Of a stretch of 58,093 nucleotides of DNA, positions 18,521 to 28,528 are shown piece after piece. This stretch comes from an uncultured virus (IMG/VR IMGVR_UViG_3300043773_000315) (lineage: Duplodnaviria; Heunggongvirae; Uroviricota; Caudoviricetes): IMG/VR virus record IMGVR_UViG_3300043773_000315; one strand, given 5' to 3'. Numbering within the stretch: position 1 is the stretch's first letter; every line of letters starts with the position of its first letter. The notes beneath the pieces are model-generated. The model did not search any database, was not told the origin of the DNA, and saw nothing but the letters and a program-made list of their open reading frames with translations. Both the position numbers and the translations under genes were made by a program.

Positions 18521-19146
18521 AGCCCTAAAGCCTTCCTCTTTCTTAGTGATCTCTGGCGCTTCATCAATGCGCGGTTCATTTTGGACTTACGCTTAATCTT
18601 TGCTCTTCTGGCGCCCATCTTTCTACGACGGCGTTCAGCAGGAGACATACGCTGTAATTTACCACCACGCAAAGTCATGCCAGCAACATTAGATACTTTC
18701 TTGCGGCGTTGGATTTTACCGCCACGAATACGTGCCTTGATAATTCTGATACGGGCTTCGTCTAGTTTTTCTTTTTCTTCTTCGCTCATATAGTCAGCAA
18801 CAGAGTTTAGATAGTCTGCTGCTTTCGTAATCTTTGATTGAGTCCAAGCTTCTAGTTCTTTATTGCCTTTAATTTTTGACATGATGTTTTTAGCATCTTT
18901 TGTAATGGCATTCAATTCGGAACGAGCCATGGAACTTTCTTCGCCACTTTCTACATCATCTTCGACTAGACCTCTTTGCTGCAAAGCCCATGATGGCTTA
19001 TCTAGACCTTGCTCGGTCATCTTAGCGGCAGTCATCTTCTTGGCTTCTTCCAGCTTCTTAGTCATAATCAATTCAACTGTTTCTTCAAGAATGGAATCAG
19101 CAGAAACGAAATCTCTATTTACAATTGAATTGACTAACTTAATCAT
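18517..19146 (-). CDS. Prohead core protein, gp68-like basic C-terminal domain
   Basis: Very basic tail (RMSPAERRRRKMGARR...RSLRKRKALGL); directly before gp21. Confidence 0.7.
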   Translation of the reverse strand: MIKLVNSIVNRDFVSADSILEETVELIMTKKLEEAKKMTAAKMTEQGLDKPSWALQQRGLVEDDVESGEESSMARSELNAITKDAKNIMSKIKGNKELEAWTQSKITKAADYLNSVADYMSEEEKEKLDEARIRIIKARIRGGKIQRRKKVSNVAGMTLRGGKLQRMSPAERRRRKMGARRAKIKRKSKMNRALMKRQRSLRKRKALGL

Positions 19147-19646
19147 GGAAACGGACCCTTCTTATTGAATGCATATGGATCTGCGGTCTGACCAGCATCA
19201 AAGTCTTCGTTGTTCTTTCTTAGGTCGATGAACAAAGTGAAAGCATCGTTGTTCTTATTGTTATTGATTGACAAGAGAATGTCGCCAGTTGTTGCATCGC
19301 TTTCCATAGGAATAATTGCGCCATCACCCATGCTTTGAAAATCATAATCAAATGAGCCAGAACCAATGGTTACGATTTCAGCATTTGATGTGCCTGCCCA
19401 CTGTATAGTGATATAACTGTTGACCTTTGCATTACCAAAGATGCGCTTGATTGTTGTTCTGTAGCTTGTCTTTGGATCAACATTGGATGACATGATGTAG
19501 CCATTCGTATTCAACGCAAATGCAAGTGAAGATGCATCTACGAGAGTAGAATTGGCCACAGCGGTGCCATCAGAAAGGAACACATACTTGATTAGTGCCC
19601 TTTTATTTCCATCAATAATTCTTTGACCTTTTAATACGTTTGCCAT
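19143..19646 (-). CDS. Hypothetical head-module protein
   Basis: 167 aa beta-rich ORF translationally coupled within the head operon. Confidence 0.6.
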   Translation of the reverse strand: MANVLKGQRIIDGNKRALIKYVFLSDGTAVANSTLVDASSLAFALNTNGYIMSSNVDPKTSYRTTIKRIFGNAKVNSYITIQWAGTSNAEIVTIGSGSFDYDFQSMGDGAIIPMESDATTGDILLSINNNKNNDAFTLFIDLRKNNEDFDAGQTADPYAFNKKGPFP

Positions 19647-19647
19647 A

Positions 19648-20751
19648 CTACTGCCTTACTGCGAATGATACTATCTTGTTTAACTGTTCTTCGCTTTCAT
19701 TCATCATCTTAATCATCTTTTGCTTGTTCTTGGTATTAAGGGACTCATAGAGCGAAATAACTTTATTTGCTTCTTCATTATTTAGCACAAATCGGTTTCC
19801 ATTCAGATTGATTTCTGTGGATTCATTTTGAGCCATTGATTGACTTGCTCTTAAAGATGCTTGTCTTTCTTTTTCTGCTCTTGAGTCTGAGCCACCAGTT
19901 CTTTCTGGTCTTGTTATCGTAGCTTTTAGTTGTGAATCTTTTGGCTGAAAATACTTAGGTTCTGTAGAAGAACTTGATCCAGAACTTAAACCTGACAATA
20001 AACTAGCCGCTGTACCTGTTCCTGCTGCACCCGCGCCAGCACCTCTTTTGCCACCTTTACCTTTACCCTTATTTAATTTTCCAGATTTATCAAAAGGATT
20101 TTTCTTTCTATATTTTTGTGCTGTTAATCTATCAACGGCAGCTTGTCTTCTGTCTTTAACAGCCTGCTTTTCAGCATTTGATACTGCTCTACCTGCTTTC
20201 ATTTTACGAACTTGATTTAGAACTTTACCACCAATCGTAACCACGCCTCTGACTAATGGACCAACAAATTCATCTAACTGCACTTCTTCATTTATACCAA
20301 TCTCATTATATGGAATAGAAACATACTTGTCGATAGCTTGTGCATAGTATAGAGCAACTTTTTGGCCGTCTGGAAATACACGAATAGCCTTACGCTTTAG
20401 TAGTAGAACAGATGGTGCTTCTTTCTGAGATGGATATCCTACTCTCTGGACTCTTGGATCGGGTCCCGAATAATAGTCTTTGGCTTCTTTCATTACATTC
20501 TGCTTAACTTTCTGATAAACAGGTTGATTAGAAAGAACCTCAGACATAAGAGCATCAAGCAAGTTGAGAAGCATACGCTTTTCCTGTGCAGTCATCTTAT
20601 CGACTGGCTTATCAAGAGCGCGTTTTAGTGAAGTTAGTTTCTTAGCATCAAATAGACCAGCACGAACAAGAGCGGTTAACTTTTTAGTTTCCGCTTCTTC
20701 TTTTTCCGTAATGAGATTGTATTGTTCTCTTAGGTCTTTGATGCTTTTCAT
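19648..20751 (-). CDS. Putative internal head/core protein with a basic central segment
   Basis: Multiple I/L-x-E motifs, K/R/G-rich middle, located in the head module. Confidence 0.55.
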   Translation of the reverse strand: MKSIKDLREQYNLITEKEEAETKKLTALVRAGLFDAKKLTSLKRALDKPVDKMTAQEKRMLLNLLDALMSEVLSNQPVYQKVKQNVMKEAKDYYSGPDPRVQRVGYPSQKEAPSVLLLKRKAIRVFPDGQKVALYYAQAIDKYVSIPYNEIGINEEVQLDEFVGPLVRGVVTIGGKVLNQVRKMKAGRAVSNAEKQAVKDRRQAAVDRLTAQKYRKKNPFDKSGKLNKGKGKGGKRGAGAGAAGTGTAASLLSGLSSGSSSSTEPKYFQPKDSQLKATITRPERTGGSDSRAEKERQASLRASQSMAQNESTEINLNGNRFVLNNEEANKVISLYESLNTKNKQKMIKMMNESEEQLNKIVSFAVRQ

Positions 20752-20757
20752 GGTATA

Positions 20758-21105
20758 TTAGCCTTTTTTTCCGTAATGCAGATAATCAATTTCAGCTTTT
20801 AATTTTTGTTTTGATTTCTTTAATAATCTACCAGATTGTTTTGCGTATTTGTCTTTTTCTTTGGAACTTTTAGCCTCTCTAGATTTTTTATCCGCTTCTC
20901 TAGATGCATGACCAGCAAGTTGCCATGAAATTTCATCAATCTGTTCTGCTTCCTCACTTACTTGACCAAAGTAGTTCTGAGCAATAACGGCCTTGCGTTC
21001 TTCCAACTTCTCTACAGCCTTTGTAGAAAGAGCGTTGGAAAAATGTGTACGCATTTCGTCTAGGTTATTTGCTAGAACACTATCTAATGCTTTGTTTACT
21101 GACAT
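20758..21105 (-). CDS. gp67-like prohead core protein with basic C-terminal extension
   Basis: FSNALSTKAVEKLEERKAVIAQNYF; downstream of the portal gene. Confidence 0.65.
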   Translation of the reverse strand: MSVNKALDSVLANNLDEMRTHFSNALSTKAVEKLEERKAVIAQNYFGQVSEEAEQIDEISWQLAGHASREADKKSREAKSSKEKDKYAKQSGRLLKKSKQKLKAEIDYLHYGKKG

Positions 21106-21131
21106 TTTTATCTCCTAAACGTTTAGTATTA

Positions 21132-21139
21132 TATTTATA
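21132..21139 (-). promoter_or_regulatory. T4-type late promoter
   Basis: TATAAATA upstream of the gp67-like gene. Confidence 0.75.
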
Positions 21140-22112
21140 TATCTTGTATCAATTGACAATGGAAAATATTGACTGACCATTCACCGCCATATCTATCACT
21201 GTTTATTGCATTTGTCATGACAACATGAGGTCCAGATATTATCTTGACTTTAGATCCTCTAGGTAGAATTGTTTCCATTTCTTCCGTTTGAAACTCTTCG
21301 CCTTCTCCTGCGTTAACGTTGCTAAATCCGCTGGCATGTATAGCGTTTTGTCCTTTCGAAACTTCAATCTGCAAAATTACGGAATCTTCATTCTGTTCAG
21401 TAAACAATTCAATTGCTGTGTTATAATCTAAAGTTGTTGAAACATAACCTCTAAAAACATAATCTTTACCTGGCACAAACTTATCTGACGTATATCTTTG
21501 AGAAAGTCCAGTATATACCGTATAGTTCATAGGCGCTTGAGAATTAGAAAAGGCAGAATCCATACCTTCGATGACACCATTAATGTAATCAGCATCTTCT
21601 TGAGTTGCGTCATCGTCAAGACCTTTGTAAAGATATCTGTTTACTGGTCCAAATCCTTCATTCGTATATTCTTGCAATGCCGCCATTTCATTCTCATCAA
21701 ACATAGAAGCGGGAAACGCTTTTGTTAAAATCTTATTTGTTTTGATTGCTTCTTTCATTTTACGATTAGCAATCTTTTCATCTTCTGCGGAACGTTTAGT
21801 TAATATTTTATTGTGTTCGTCGGCTTGTGCTTTTAAGGTACTTGCTTTATCATCTTTTGTGACTTTAGTTGATCCAGCAGGCAACATTTCATGTGCTTTT
21901 TGATACATTCCTTGCACATCTTCTTGTGTCTTATATGGAACAAGTCTGTCGTTATGAACAATATAAGCAATTTGTCCTTTGCTATTTGCATAACGACCAA
22001 AGCCCATATAAGTCAAGCCAAGTTTTCTGGCTTCCATTGAAGCGGCTGTCTTAGGTTCTGACTTAACCTCTGCGGCTAAACTTTCTTCTAAGTATTCGTT
22101 AAATCTCTTCAA
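21135..22112 (-). CDS. VIP2/Alt-like ADP-ribosyltransferase domain protein
   Basis: ALQEYT..GFGPVNRYL, VYTG, GYVSTTLD, ILQIEV.KG, EMETILPRG. Confidence 0.8.
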   Translation of the reverse strand: MKRFNEYLEESLAAEVKSEPKTAASMEARKLGLTYMGFGRYANSKGQIAYIVHNDRLVPYKTQEDVQGMYQKAHEMLPAGSTKVTKDDKASTLKAQADEHNKILTKRSAEDEKIANRKMKEAIKTNKILTKAFPASMFDENEMAALQEYTNEGFGPVNRYLYKGLDDDATQEDADYINGVIEGMDSAFSNSQAPMNYTVYTGLSQRYTSDKFVPGKDYVFRGYVSTTLDYNTAIELFTEQNEDSVILQIEVSKGQNAIHASGFSNVNAGEGEEFQTEEMETILPRGSKVKIISGPHVVMTNAINSDRYGGEWSVNIFHCQLIQDI

Positions 22113-23869
22113 CGGGCTGGCTCCAAAGTATCATTGACAAATCTACGACGATTGCGCTCACGGTCAGCATCCATTCCCATATCTAATGGATCCATTTCAT
22201 CTTTACCTGTGCCGTCTTGTACTGGCATTTGTTCTTGCGGTACACCCTGCTGTGCCATATATTGTTGCATCATTCCCTCTTGTGGAGTTGGCGGAACAAT
22301 GTTTGGAGTAGGTGCGGGCGCCTGTGCAGGTAATGGATTGCCTTGGTCATCAGTTTGAATTGGATTACCATTTTCGTCAGTAGGTGTTGCTGCCGCTTGT
22401 TCTTCTTCTATCTGATTTTGAATTTCTTCAATCTCTTCGTCATCCATCATGAGGATATTCTTACGTACCCACTGCATGGAATAATAACGACCGACATATG
22501 GATCTACTGCCTGTAGAGTAGCAATACGATTCATCAGAAGTTCAGATTCTTTTAATTCGTCAAAGTTGTTATCTTTCTTGAAGTCATAGTAGATATCTTC
22601 TTTGAACTCTTTCCATTCTTCTTCGGTACAAACTTTCTTGAGTACCAATTGAACACGAAGAATGTCATCAAATAGCGTAGCAAACTTATTGCGTAGTCTG
22701 TCAATGAACTTTGAAAACTTTAGTTCTTCTCTAGTAATTTCTGTTGTGCGACCTAGAATGCCGCCACCTGGTTGCTGTTCTAAGCGACCAATAGGAACAC
22801 CAAGTGCTTTATATAACTTGCGTTCAAAATATTTTACATCTTCCAATTCGCCAAGATTCTGGCCGCCAGGAAGAGTTGTGATTTCTGTGCCTTTACCGCC
22901 TTCACGACGAGGTAGCCAGAAATCTTCTAGCATGGAAAGATGCTTACGGTCATCCTTGATTTCGCCAGTCGTGCTATCGTAAACTAGCTTGTTACGATAC
23001 TTGGTCATGATATCTTTTAGGTATTGTTCAGCCTTGATTGTTGGCATGTTACCAACATCGATATAGAAAATGCGGCGCTCGGGTGCGCGTGAGAGACGAT
23101 AGATTACCGTTGCGTCTTCAATCATTCTCAAGTTGTTTAGCGGTTTGATGGCCTTATGTAGATACGAGAGAACCATCGCTCTCTTGCTATCCATTAGACC
23201 AGAATTGACATTAATGATTGCATCTACGGCAATCTTTGCGCCCAAGTTAGAATGGGCGCCAATGATTCCTCTTTCATTATAGAGGTAGTATTCGTTGATT
23301 TTATTGATGACATCGATAGTTGTGCGAGGATCCTTCGTCTTCTGTATTTCGCGGATTTTGCGAATACGACGAGGATCAATATACCTTAGTTCTTGAATAC
23401 CTTTAGCTGGGCTGCTGTCATCAATGATTACATGATAGAACATACGACCGTCAATATACCAACGACGGAATACATCATGACCCATGTTACCAAAGTTCAA
23501 TAGTTTTAGAGCAACATCAAATTCATCACGAATTTTCTTTTTTACAGACTCGGGTTGCTTCAAATCATCCATATTAATTTCCACAGCCTTATCTTTGGCT
23601 GTGTTTACGATGGCCTCATTAACGATTTCGTCAATAGCAGTTTCCAATTCTGGCTGCATTGACATTTCACGATATCGTGTAATAAGTTCGATTTCGTTAC
23701 GAACAACACCATCTAAGTCAACATATGTTCCATAGTACGCTCCAGATTGGATCGTAACAGCACCATCGTCGTTTTGCGGTAAAGCAAACGACTTATTGGT
23801 ATCTACTGTGGAAGCAGTATCTTGCTTCGTCTTTTTACGTGAAATCTCAAAACCAAATAATTGAACCAC
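22109..23869 (-). CDS. gp20: Portal vertex protein
   Basis: LFGFEI, YLHKAIKPLN.LRMIEDA.VIYRLSRAPERRIFYIDVGNMP, EDFWLPRREGGKGTEI; GTG start with GGAGG SD. Confidence 0.98.
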   Translation of the reverse strand: MVQLFGFEISRKKTKQDTASTVDTNKSFALPQNDDGAVTIQSGAYYGTYVDLDGVVRNEIELITRYREMSMQPELETAIDEIVNEAIVNTAKDKAVEINMDDLKQPESVKKKIRDEFDVALKLLNFGNMGHDVFRRWYIDGRMFYHVIIDDSSPAKGIQELRYIDPRRIRKIREIQKTKDPRTTIDVINKINEYYLYNERGIIGAHSNLGAKIAVDAIINVNSGLMDSKRAMVLSYLHKAIKPLNNLRMIEDATVIYRLSRAPERRIFYIDVGNMPTIKAEQYLKDIMTKYRNKLVYDSTTGEIKDDRKHLSMLEDFWLPRREGGKGTEITTLPGGQNLGELEDVKYFERKLYKALGVPIGRLEQQPGGGILGRTTEITREELKFSKFIDRLRNKFATLFDDILRVQLVLKKVCTEEEWKEFKEDIYYDFKKDNNFDELKESELLMNRIATLQAVDPYVGRYYSMQWVRKNILMMDDEEIEEIQNQIEEEQAAATPTDENGNPIQTDDQGNPLPAQAPAPTPNIVPPTPQEGMMQQYMAQQGVPQEQMPVQDGTGKDEMDPLDMGMDADRERNRRRFVNDTLEPAR

Positions 23870-23884
23870 CTACGATCCTCCGAT

Positions 23885-23911
23885 AAAAAGGGGGAGAGAA
23901 AATCTCTCCCC
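23885..23911 (-). terminator. Intrinsic terminator after gp19
   Basis: GGGGAGAGA-TTT-TCTCTCCCC followed by CTTTTT. Confidence 0.8.
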
Positions 23912-23923
23912 TCTTCTTATATA

Positions 23924-24523
23924 TTAAGCGCCTAGAGGCGATGTAAATGCACCAGCAATAGATGGTGCACCAGAGGTAGCAACACTGTCTGTAGTATCGG
24001 ATTCCCACCACTGATAAGCGAATGTTACAGCATATTCTTCGATAGTATCATTTGCACCCCAATCTAGTTCAATTGGAGAAATATCAATTGGAAACATACC
24101 GATAAATTTGTATATCTTTAGAATTGCGTCCGTCTTACCAAACTGAGTTACAAATCCGTCTTGCTGATAGTTTGCAGGATTTCTAAAACCATTTGCACGT
24201 AGATTTGATACGTGAGAGTTTAGTTTGCTCATCCACAATTCAAAAGCGTTACGAATAACAAAGTTTTCATCGTTGATAATTGTAACTGTCCATTCTGTAA
24301 ATTGACGATTACCAGCAAACTTTAGTTCACGACCAAAATAGTTGACAGGTACCATGTTTACTGTATCACCTGGCAACTGAGCGGCACGACACATAAAGTT
24401 ATACTTAATCGCTGCTGTGCCAAGCAAATTTCCTAAGTACGGTAGTTCACAGTTGAACAGATTTGGGCGGGCGCCGTCACCTGTCATCTGCGCTCTAAAC
24501 TCTTGTACATTAAATGAAGCCAT
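23924..24523 (-). CDS. gp19: Tail tube protein
   Basis: GARPNLF, FMCRAAQLPG, GRELKFAGNR.F.EWTVTIIND, IEEYAVTFAYQWW. Confidence 0.96.
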   Translation of the reverse strand: MASFNVQEFRAQMTGDGARPNLFNCELPYLGNLLGTAAIKYNFMCRAAQLPGDTVNMVPVNYFGRELKFAGNRQFTEWTVTIINDENFVIRNAFELWMSKLNSHVSNLRANGFRNPANYQQDGFVTQFGKTDAILKIYKFIGMFPIDISPIELDWGANDTIEEYAVTFAYQWWESDTTDSVATSGAPSIAGAFTSPLGA

Positions 24524-24543
24524 TTGTCTTTACTCCTTTTGTT

Positions 24544-24551
24544 TATTTATG
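24544..24551 (-). promoter_or_regulatory. Late promoter variant
   Basis: CATAAATA upstream of gp19. Confidence 0.65.
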
Positions 24552-24563
24552 CTACATTAACGA

Positions 24564-26291
24564 TTAGAACTTACCGACTACTTCTTCGAAGGCAACACCA
24601 GTTCTAACTGCTACGAAGTTCAACTGGATAAAGTTGATTGAACGAGCAGGCTTGATATAAATGTCGCCGATAAATTCGTTACGGTCGATAACTTCAGGAG
24701 TATTGTTTGTTTCATCGCAGACTACGCGGAAGTCATAGATGCCACGACGACCCTGTACGTCACGTAGATATGGTTCAATTAGAGCAACAAACTGAGCGCG
24801 TGTAAACTCGTCGTTGAACTCAAACAGACTGTACTTAGCTGCTCTTGCGATAGCCTTTTCAAGTACAATGAATAGACGGCGAACGTTGATTCTGTCAAAC
24901 GCTGATGGGCGTGTTAACATTGTCTTATCACCGTAAAGGATAGTACCTTCGCCGCGGAATGTAACAACAGGATTAATTCCATTCTTGTATAGTTCGTCGC
25001 GGTCTGTCTTATCTGGGTTATAAGAAAGCTTTACAACATTCTTAATCTGACCGCGATTGAATCCAGCTGGTGAGAACCATGGATCACGCTCAAAGTCTGT
25101 TCTTACGCAGAGACCGGCAATATCGCCGTTCATTGGAACCCAACGATATACGTTGTTATACTTGTCGAACTGATACTTCCAAGAGCCGTCCATTACAGCA
25201 TAAGATGTTGAGCGGTTCATTGCGTTACGATATGAGATAACGTTGTTTGATGCTTCGCCAACACCGACTGAAACTACGTTTGCTCTTGTTGGTGAGCAGA
25301 ATACAACGCAGTCCTTACGATATTCGGCCAAATTGTCAATACAGTGTTGTACAACTGAAAGGTTAGCACCACCTGTAACAATCAAAGAAACATCAATTTC
25401 TTCTGCATTTGAGAACCTGTCATATGCTGTGATGCGGTTAGCATCTGTAACAGCACCGAGTGTACCACCAGAAAGTGATACCGTATATTCAGAACCACCC
25501 TGTGAGAATGTAGTTCCTATTGCAGAAGAACCCCAGTTTGTAGCATCGGCTACGTTAGATGTAAGGTCTTGTGCGTGATTGATTACATAGATGTACTTTG
25601 AACGATCATTGATTACATTTACATAGTAATTTGAACTACCTTCGCTTGTTATTGCGTCTGCTGCTTTAGATACGTAAGCAAACTTCTCTAGAATAGTGTT
25701 TGCTACACCTGTAAACTTGCCGTCCTCGTCAATAACAATAAGGTGCATTTCGTCGCCTACACCGTTAACAGAGGCAGCATAAACAGATGTATTTGGTGCA
25801 CCACTGAACTGCTCGGCATATGTCCAAGTCGTAGCATTCCAATCTTCACGGGCAACATAAGCAGTATCTACATACATGGAAACTTTCAAGCTGTTTCCTA
25901 GATCGCCAGGAAACTTAGCTGCAAACATACCAGCAGTGTTAGATGCTTCCATGTTGATGTAGTTTGTAATATAATCGTCAGCGTTCTTGATTAAAATGCC
26001 GTTACCAATAGCAGAGTTTTTTGCTGTTGCGTTATTGCCAGCACGAACGACTTTCAAATTGCGGGCATATGCCAAGAAGTTGGCCGCTGTGAAAAAGTCT
26101 ATAAAGTTGTTGTTATCTGGCTTACCAAAAGTATCTACCAACTCAACTTCTGAGGAAATTGTTCGGATTTCTTCTAGTGGACCCCAGTTGAAATTACCTA
26201 CAAAAGCACCTTCAGTTGTACCTACGGCAGGTACAATAGTTGTTAAGTCGATTTCTGATACATTTACGCCTGGTGACAATTGAAATGCCAT
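24564..26291 (-). CDS. gp18: Tail sheath protein
   Basis: SPGVNVSEIDLT, PWFSPAGFNRG, AFDRINVRRLF, IKPARSINFIQLNFVA. Confidence 0.98.
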   Translation of the reverse strand: MAFQLSPGVNVSEIDLTTIVPAVGTTEGAFVGNFNWGPLEEIRTISSEVELVDTFGKPDNNNFIDFFTAANFLAYARNLKVVRAGNNATAKNSAIGNGILIKNADDYITNYINMEASNTAGMFAAKFPGDLGNSLKVSMYVDTAYVAREDWNATTWTYAEQFSGAPNTSVYAASVNGVGDEMHLIVIDEDGKFTGVANTILEKFAYVSKAADAITSEGSSNYYVNVINDRSKYIYVINHAQDLTSNVADATNWGSSAIGTTFSQGGSEYTVSLSGGTLGAVTDANRITAYDRFSNAEEIDVSLIVTGGANLSVVQHCIDNLAEYRKDCVVFCSPTRANVVSVGVGEASNNVISYRNAMNRSTSYAVMDGSWKYQFDKYNNVYRWVPMNGDIAGLCVRTDFERDPWFSPAGFNRGQIKNVVKLSYNPDKTDRDELYKNGINPVVTFRGEGTILYGDKTMLTRPSAFDRINVRRLFIVLEKAIARAAKYSLFEFNDEFTRAQFVALIEPYLRDVQGRRGIYDFRVVCDETNNTPEVIDRNEFIGDIYIKPARSINFIQLNFVAVRTGVAFEEVVGKF

Positions 26292-26348
26292 CGTGTTTCT
26301 CCTTTAAAAGAAAGATTATTCATTCTCTACATTATTTAGAAAAACGAG

Positions 26349-26356
26349 TATTTATA
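26349..26356 (-). promoter_or_regulatory. T4-type late promoter
   Basis: TATAAATA upstream of gp18. Confidence 0.75.
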
Positions 26357-28004
26357 GTCTAGATTTCCAATTCATATCGTCAAAAGGATACATTCTGTTA
26401 CGATCCTCTTGCCAAATGTCACCCGAGGCGTCTTTTTCGCTCGGATTGTCTATACCATTATCTATGATTCCAAATGGTACAATATCCTGATCCATTACAT
26501 CAAACAGTTCTTTCTGCAAAGTCTGTCTGATATCGTTCTGGATATTTTCCTTGAAGTATCTTTGACCTGTCAGCCAGCCAAAATGAACCAGCGTCATAGC
26601 CAAATCGTCATTATTGCCCTCTTCGGCCTTAAAAGTCTGTTTGTCTGCCGAAAAAGTGGTCAATTCCATGATAGTCTGTTCGTCGTTTACGATAAGTTTG
26701 TCGCTTTCAACTAGAGTTTTAAGATTGGTACAACCTATCATTTTGGTCTGCTTAGACGTTTTTAGACCAAAGGCAATCTTCTTTTTGAATCCAGGAGACT
26801 GTTGCTGACCCTGCTTACCCTTCATTTCAATCTTGATTAGATTTTCATATGCAAAGTCGTTATGAATAATGTCGGACACTTGCAGTCCGATAGAGTTGAT
26901 TTCTACCAAAATAAAGGCTTCGTTATATGCTTTTGCTATCTGGACAATCTTGGTAGGAAATAACATTGGCGATATCTTGTTGTCTCTGAAAATTGCTACC
27001 TGACGATAGGGTATCTCGGACACATCTATGATAGAGAACGTAGAATAGTCTAGTCCCTGACCTTCGGCCACATCCACTGTCATACAGTAAGTTCTGCCTG
27101 GCTCAGGTTTCTTATAGATTTTAAGATGACCTTCAGTTGCAATAGGATTATGCCAGACCAGAGAACGCAACTTGACTGGATGAATAAGTGTGTTTGTAGA
27201 ACCGATGAACTCACACTCAAACTCTTGACGGAACTGGTCGGCTGAGGTGTTACGAATTGTCTGCTCTTTCCATTCTTCGGTTCTACCTGGCACCATGCTC
27301 CAGTGGATTTCGATTGGTTTGTATTCGCTCTTGTGTTTGATAGCATCTTCCCACATACGATAGAACAGATTTAGACCGTTTGGTGTAGAAACGATAATAA
27401 CCTTTGTTGTCTGACCAGAAGAAATCGTAGGATAGGTAGACATGAAGAACTGTTCGGCAATGTTGTTTGGAACGAACGCGAACTCATCAAGGAAGATTAT
27501 GTTAAAAGACCTACCACGAACAGATGAGCCAGAAGTTGAATCTGCAACTGCTCTGGACCCGTTGGCCAGTTCAATTGAACCTTTGTTCCATTCTTTGACG
27601 CCTTGTTGGAGAAAGCGCGGTAAGTATTCAAAGGCTAACTGTAGACGACCCATGATTTCGCGGGCTGTAGAAGACTTGTTAGCCAGAATTGCTATGTTAA
27701 CGTTTTGATTGAATAGAATATAGTGTAGCAAATATGCAACAGATGTGGTAGTCTTGCCAACCTGACGCGGCAACTTACAGATAGAAAATCGATTTTCATG
27801 GAAAGTCGTGAGCATTTCTTTTTGGAAATCCCACATCTCAAATGGCATAAGACCATGATCCACGTTGATGATACGCATATAAGTGCAGGCAAAATACACA
27901 GGATCAGCAGCACACTTTATGAACTCATCTATTTCATGCTGAGTAAAGGCGTGCTTGTAGTCTTCTTTGGGTAAGTTTGGGTTATTATTGTAACCTTTAT
28001 TCAT
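26352..28004 (-). CDS. gp17: Terminase large subunit
   Basis: RQVGKTT Walker A, IFLDEFAF Walker B, STPNG, DVAEG.G.DYS, DDLAM. Confidence 0.98.
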   Translation of the reverse strand: MNKGYNNNPNLPKEDYKHAFTQHEIDEFIKCAADPVYFACTYMRIINVDHGLMPFEMWDFQKEMLTTFHENRFSICKLPRQVGKTTTSVAYLLHYILFNQNVNIAILANKSSTAREIMGRLQLAFEYLPRFLQQGVKEWNKGSIELANGSRAVADSTSGSSVRGRSFNIIFLDEFAFVPNNIAEQFFMSTYPTISSGQTTKVIIVSTPNGLNLFYRMWEDAIKHKSEYKPIEIHWSMVPGRTEEWKEQTIRNTSADQFRQEFECEFIGSTNTLIHPVKLRSLVWHNPIATEGHLKIYKKPEPGRTYCMTVDVAEGQGLDYSTFSIIDVSEIPYRQVAIFRDNKISPMLFPTKIVQIAKAYNEAFILVEINSIGLQVSDIIHNDFAYENLIKIEMKGKQGQQQSPGFKKKIAFGLKTSKQTKMIGCTNLKTLVESDKLIVNDEQTIMELTTFSADKQTFKAEEGNNDDLAMTLVHFGWLTGQRYFKENIQNDIRQTLQKELFDVMDQDIVPFGIIDNGIDNPSEKDASGDIWQEDRNRMYPFDDMNWKSRL

Positions 28005-28528
28005 TTGTAATAAGGATTCTTTGGATCGGTATCACCCGTCACATCTGGCCACCAGTCAAGTTCATATCTTTCGCCTCTTTTAAACATAGCCTTCATTGAC
28101 TTGATGCGCTTTTCATATTCTTCTTTGCTTGGCTTAACATTACCTTCAACCACATCTAAGACATACTGTATCGTAACAGCATTTGCACTTAGACTGGCAC
28201 ATCTTGCTCCGACTTCGCTTTTAAGATGGTCAAGTAATATGCTTTCGCTGCTATCTGCTAGTGCGTTTGACAATTCGTGCGGAACTTTTAAGTCAACATA
28301 AGAATAGACATAATCATAGTGTGGAACAGGAGAAGAGTGTAGAATAAACTCATCTAGAACTTCAACTCTTTTGAAACCATCAACATCATACCATACCGCT
28401 CTATTAGCAGTCAATTCATCTGGCTTACCAAAAAACTTTTGAAGATGACTTGCATACTTGGCTGGTTCTGTATTTTTCCACTGTGATAGTGAAGAACTTT
28501 CTATCATATACTGTTTAAAGGTTTTCAT
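28001..28528 (-). CDS. Hypothetical protein with a capsid-targeting-like N-terminus
   Basis: MKTFKQYMIES; inserted between gp16 and gp17 and overlapping both. Confidence 0.7.
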   Translation of the reverse strand: MKTFKQYMIESSSLSQWKNTEPAKYASHLQKFFGKPDELTANRAVWYDVDGFKRVEVLDEFILHSSPVPHYDYVYSYVDLKVPHELSNALADSSESILLDHLKSEVGARCASLSANAVTIQYVLDVVEGNVKPSKEEYEKRIKSMKAMFKRGERYELDWWPDVTGDTDPKNPYYK

